Assembly: GCA_963837955.1 (NCBI GenBank)
Contig: CAWIPH010000002.1
Location: 1,600,001-1,664,000, forward strand
Length of the DNA: 64,000 nucleotides
Direction of reading: 5' to 3'
From: an uncultured Verrucomicrobiae bacterium
Lineage (GTDB): Bacteria; Verrucomicrobiota; Verrucomicrobiia; Chthoniobacterales; JAFAMB01
Made by a program: the position numbers and the translations under genes. Shown here in pieces: positions 61,957 through 64,000 of this stretch. The notes beneath the pieces were generated by a model. That model was given only the letters and a program-made list of their open reading frames with translations, was not told the DNA's origin and made no database searches. Each line of letters starts with the position of its first letter. Within the stretch, counting starts at the first letter, position 1.

Positions 61957-63225
61957 TTAAGCGTTCTTCTTTGCTTTAGGCGGCCTGGTTCCCCACCAAA
62001 GAACCCCCAGAATTGCTGCTCCGGTCAAAGCAGCTGCGATCATCAATTCGAAACCGGAATATTGAAAATCTTGCACCTTGACCGTCGGAACGACCGATTC
62101 ACCTGGTCCGAGGGGCAAGCCCGCATCGGGAAGCGAGTCGAAACGGATTTTCACCGGGACACGCTGAACCACCTTCACATAGTTCCCAGTGGCATTTTCC
62201 GGAGGCAAAAGGCTGAACGCAGCGCCGCTACCCATCTGGATACTGTCGACATGACCCTTGAATTTTTTACCGCCGAGCGCATCCACTTCGATGTCCACCG
62301 GCTGGCCCGGCCGCATCAGCCGAAGCTGAGTTTCCTTAAAGTTTGCCGTGACCCAGATGTTCGAAGGAATCAAAGCAAGCAGGTTTTGACCCACCTGGAC
62401 GTAGTCACCCGGTTCGACTGACTTGCGAGTGACCCGACCTGACTCTGGCGCAAAAACTTTCGTATATGAGTCGTTCAGCTCAGCAGTTTCGACGTTCGCT
62501 TCGTTTTCTTGTTGTTGGGCAAGTACATACTGCAGGAGCGCTGCAAAGGTGCGGACCTCGGCCTGTCCTGCTGCTATCTGCGCCTCGGCCGAGAGCACCT
62601 TCATTTTTGCCGAATCCAGGTTTGCCTGGGCGGAGCGATTCGAATCTCCGGCATTAGTCAAATCCTGGATGGAGACAACGTGGTGATCATACAGGTCCTG
62701 CTGCCGGCGCAGATTGTCCGCGGTTTGATCTGCCTGAGCCTCAGAGGATCGCTGATCTGCCTTGTCTTGATCGAGCGTCGCCTGCAGACTCTTGACGCGC
62801 GCGATCTGCTGATCGACGCCTGCCTGCGCAGCTGCCGCCTGTGCCTTGGTACTGTCCAGCGCCGCCTGTTTCTGCTTTAGCTGGGCATCGTAATCCCGGG
62901 GATCAATCTCGACGATTGGGTCCCCTTTTTTCACTGGCTGGTTGTCAGTAATAAAGACCTTATCGATCCGGCCGGCGATCTTCGGCGCAGCGTTGGTTAT
63001 GTGACCATCAATAAAAGCGTCATCCGTTGACTCATAGCTCATTGATTGCGCATAGAAATAAAGGCCGACAACGGCCAGGACCAGAACCAGACCAATTCCG
63101 ATGAGCGTTGGTTTAAAGCGCTTACCAAACCGGTCGCGCAAAGACGCTCTGCGCCTCTCGCTCCGCCAATCGGCAGTAATTTCGTGGCTACTCTCCCGAA
63201 GATCTCTCTCTAGTATTTCTGGCAT
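61957..63225 (-). CDS. HlyD-family membrane fusion protein (EmrA-like)
   Basis: STDDAF, ANFKETQL, FSLLPPENATGNYVKVVQRVPV. Confidence 0.95.
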   Translation of the reverse strand: MPEILERDLRESSHEITADWRSERRRASLRDRFGKRFKPTLIGIGLVLVLAVVGLYFYAQSMSYESTDDAFIDGHITNAAPKIAGRIDKVFITDNQPVKKGDPIVEIDPRDYDAQLKQKQAALDSTKAQAAAAQAGVDQQIARVKSLQATLDQDKADQRSSEAQADQTADNLRRQQDLYDHHVVSIQDLTNAGDSNRSAQANLDSAKMKVLSAEAQIAAGQAEVRTFAALLQYVLAQQQENEANVETAELNDSYTKVFAPESGRVTRKSVEPGDYVQVGQNLLALIPSNIWVTANFKETQLRLMRPGQPVDIEVDALGGKKFKGHVDSIQMGSGAAFSLLPPENATGNYVKVVQRVPVKIRFDSLPDAGLPLGPGESVVPTVKVQDFQYSGFELMIAAALTGAAILGVLWWGTRPPKAKKNA

Positions 63226-63227
63226 GG

Positions 63228-63872
63228 TTAAGAATCCCTTCCGTTGTCGGCTTTAATCCCTCTGTAAAAAATATCTGTGACGGCGCGCAGATGGGCGTCG
63301 ACCATTTCGGGATCGGTCTTGTGCAGAGTATGCCGTAGCATGGCGCTATGAATGGAATCGCGGAGGAAATCGGCTGCGGCGGACAGATCGACATCCATTC
63401 GGACAAAGCCCAGTTTCTGGGCTTCCTGCAGCGCGGCAACAAAGCGAGCCTTCTTGGTCACCATGAACTCCTGGAGTGCGCCACGGATGGACTCAGATAA
63501 AAAACGAGCTTCGCCGATAAAGGCGCGCACCATCGCTTCGCGCTCCTTCACTGCGGAATACACGTCGCGGACATAGCGCTCCAGGCTGTCGGGCAGTTGG
63601 CCCTTCCAGATTTCTTCCGGGCGGGTCAGCGCATTGAAAGCTGCGCATTCGAGACTCAAGGTTGCACCGAGTAGCTCTTCCCGGGTATGAAAATGGCGAA
63701 AAATGGTCACCTCATTGACGCCGGCTTGCCGAGCGATTTCACGAGTGGTAGCCCCCTGGAAACCGTCTCTGGAAAATACTAATTGAGCGGCTGTGAGGAT
63801 TCGCTTCTTGGTTAAATCCGTGGATCCGCCCGGGATTCGCGGGCGTTTAGAGGTAAACTCTGATGAAGCCAT
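63228..63872 (-). CDS. TetR/AcrR-family regulator
   Basis: GFQGATTREIARQAGVNEVTIFRHF. Confidence 0.93.
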   Translation of the reverse strand: MASSEFTSKRPRIPGGSTDLTKKRILTAAQLVFSRDGFQGATTREIARQAGVNEVTIFRHFHTREELLGATLSLECAAFNALTRPEEIWKGQLPDSLERYVRDVYSAVKEREAMVRAFIGEARFLSESIRGALQEFMVTKKARFVAALQEAQKLGFVRMDVDLSAAADFLRDSIHSAMLRHTLHKTDPEMVDAHLRAVTDIFYRGIKADNGRDS

Positions 63873-63919
63873 GCAAGTATATACTTGCATGCTTTTTCGA
63901 ATGCAAGTGCTTACTTGCT
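63870..63919. promoter_or_regulatory. Two TetR operator-like palindromes
   Basis: Perfect 22 bp CATGCAAGTATATACTTGCATG (63870-63891) over the start codon, and TGCAAGTGCTTACTTGCT (63902-63919). Confidence 0.75.
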
Positions 63920-64000
63920 CTCAATATCAAGGGTCCCGTCGCATAGGATCGGAAAGTTTCTTAGGGACAGGTCAACGATCAAAAAAGCGGCCAACTCGTT

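Overview
Bacterial accessory region, probably from a soil Verrucomicrobium (Chthoniobacterales-like). This is inferred from the DUF5069 protein, the putative porin and the style of the REP-like palindromes. About 45 intact genes are present: regulators (2 LysR, RpiR, MocR, TetR, an ECF sigma/anti-sigma pair, an OmpR-type response regulator, a GAF histidine kinase), a RES-Xre toxin-antitoxin pair, a sugar uptake/catabolism cluster, ugd and UDP-GlcA decarboxylase, catalase plus aquaporin, several oxidoreductases, FtsH, a porin and an EmrAB-type pump. Many gene fragments lie among them: IS256 transposase, LanM cyclase, SGNH hydrolase, sugar-binding protein, SDR, catalase, MocR, sigma-70 region 4, glycosyltransferase, and the 3' half of a tRNA-Glu. 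There are also several REP/REPIN-like palindromes and a 5 x 224 bp tandem array. The best candidate for an undescribed system is a tight three-gene operon (15285-13530, minus strand): a MotA/ExbB-like channel, an ExbD/MotB-like subunit with the critical Asp but a YfaP/DUF2135-like periplasmic domain, and a third membrane protein. Also notable are a STAND ATPase-TPR-PP2C fusion, a lysR gene bracketed by ~105 bp inverted repeats, a three-site ECF promoter motif, and a reciprocally decayed catalase-aquaporin-MocR duplication. All calls come from reading motifs by eye; no database searches were run.
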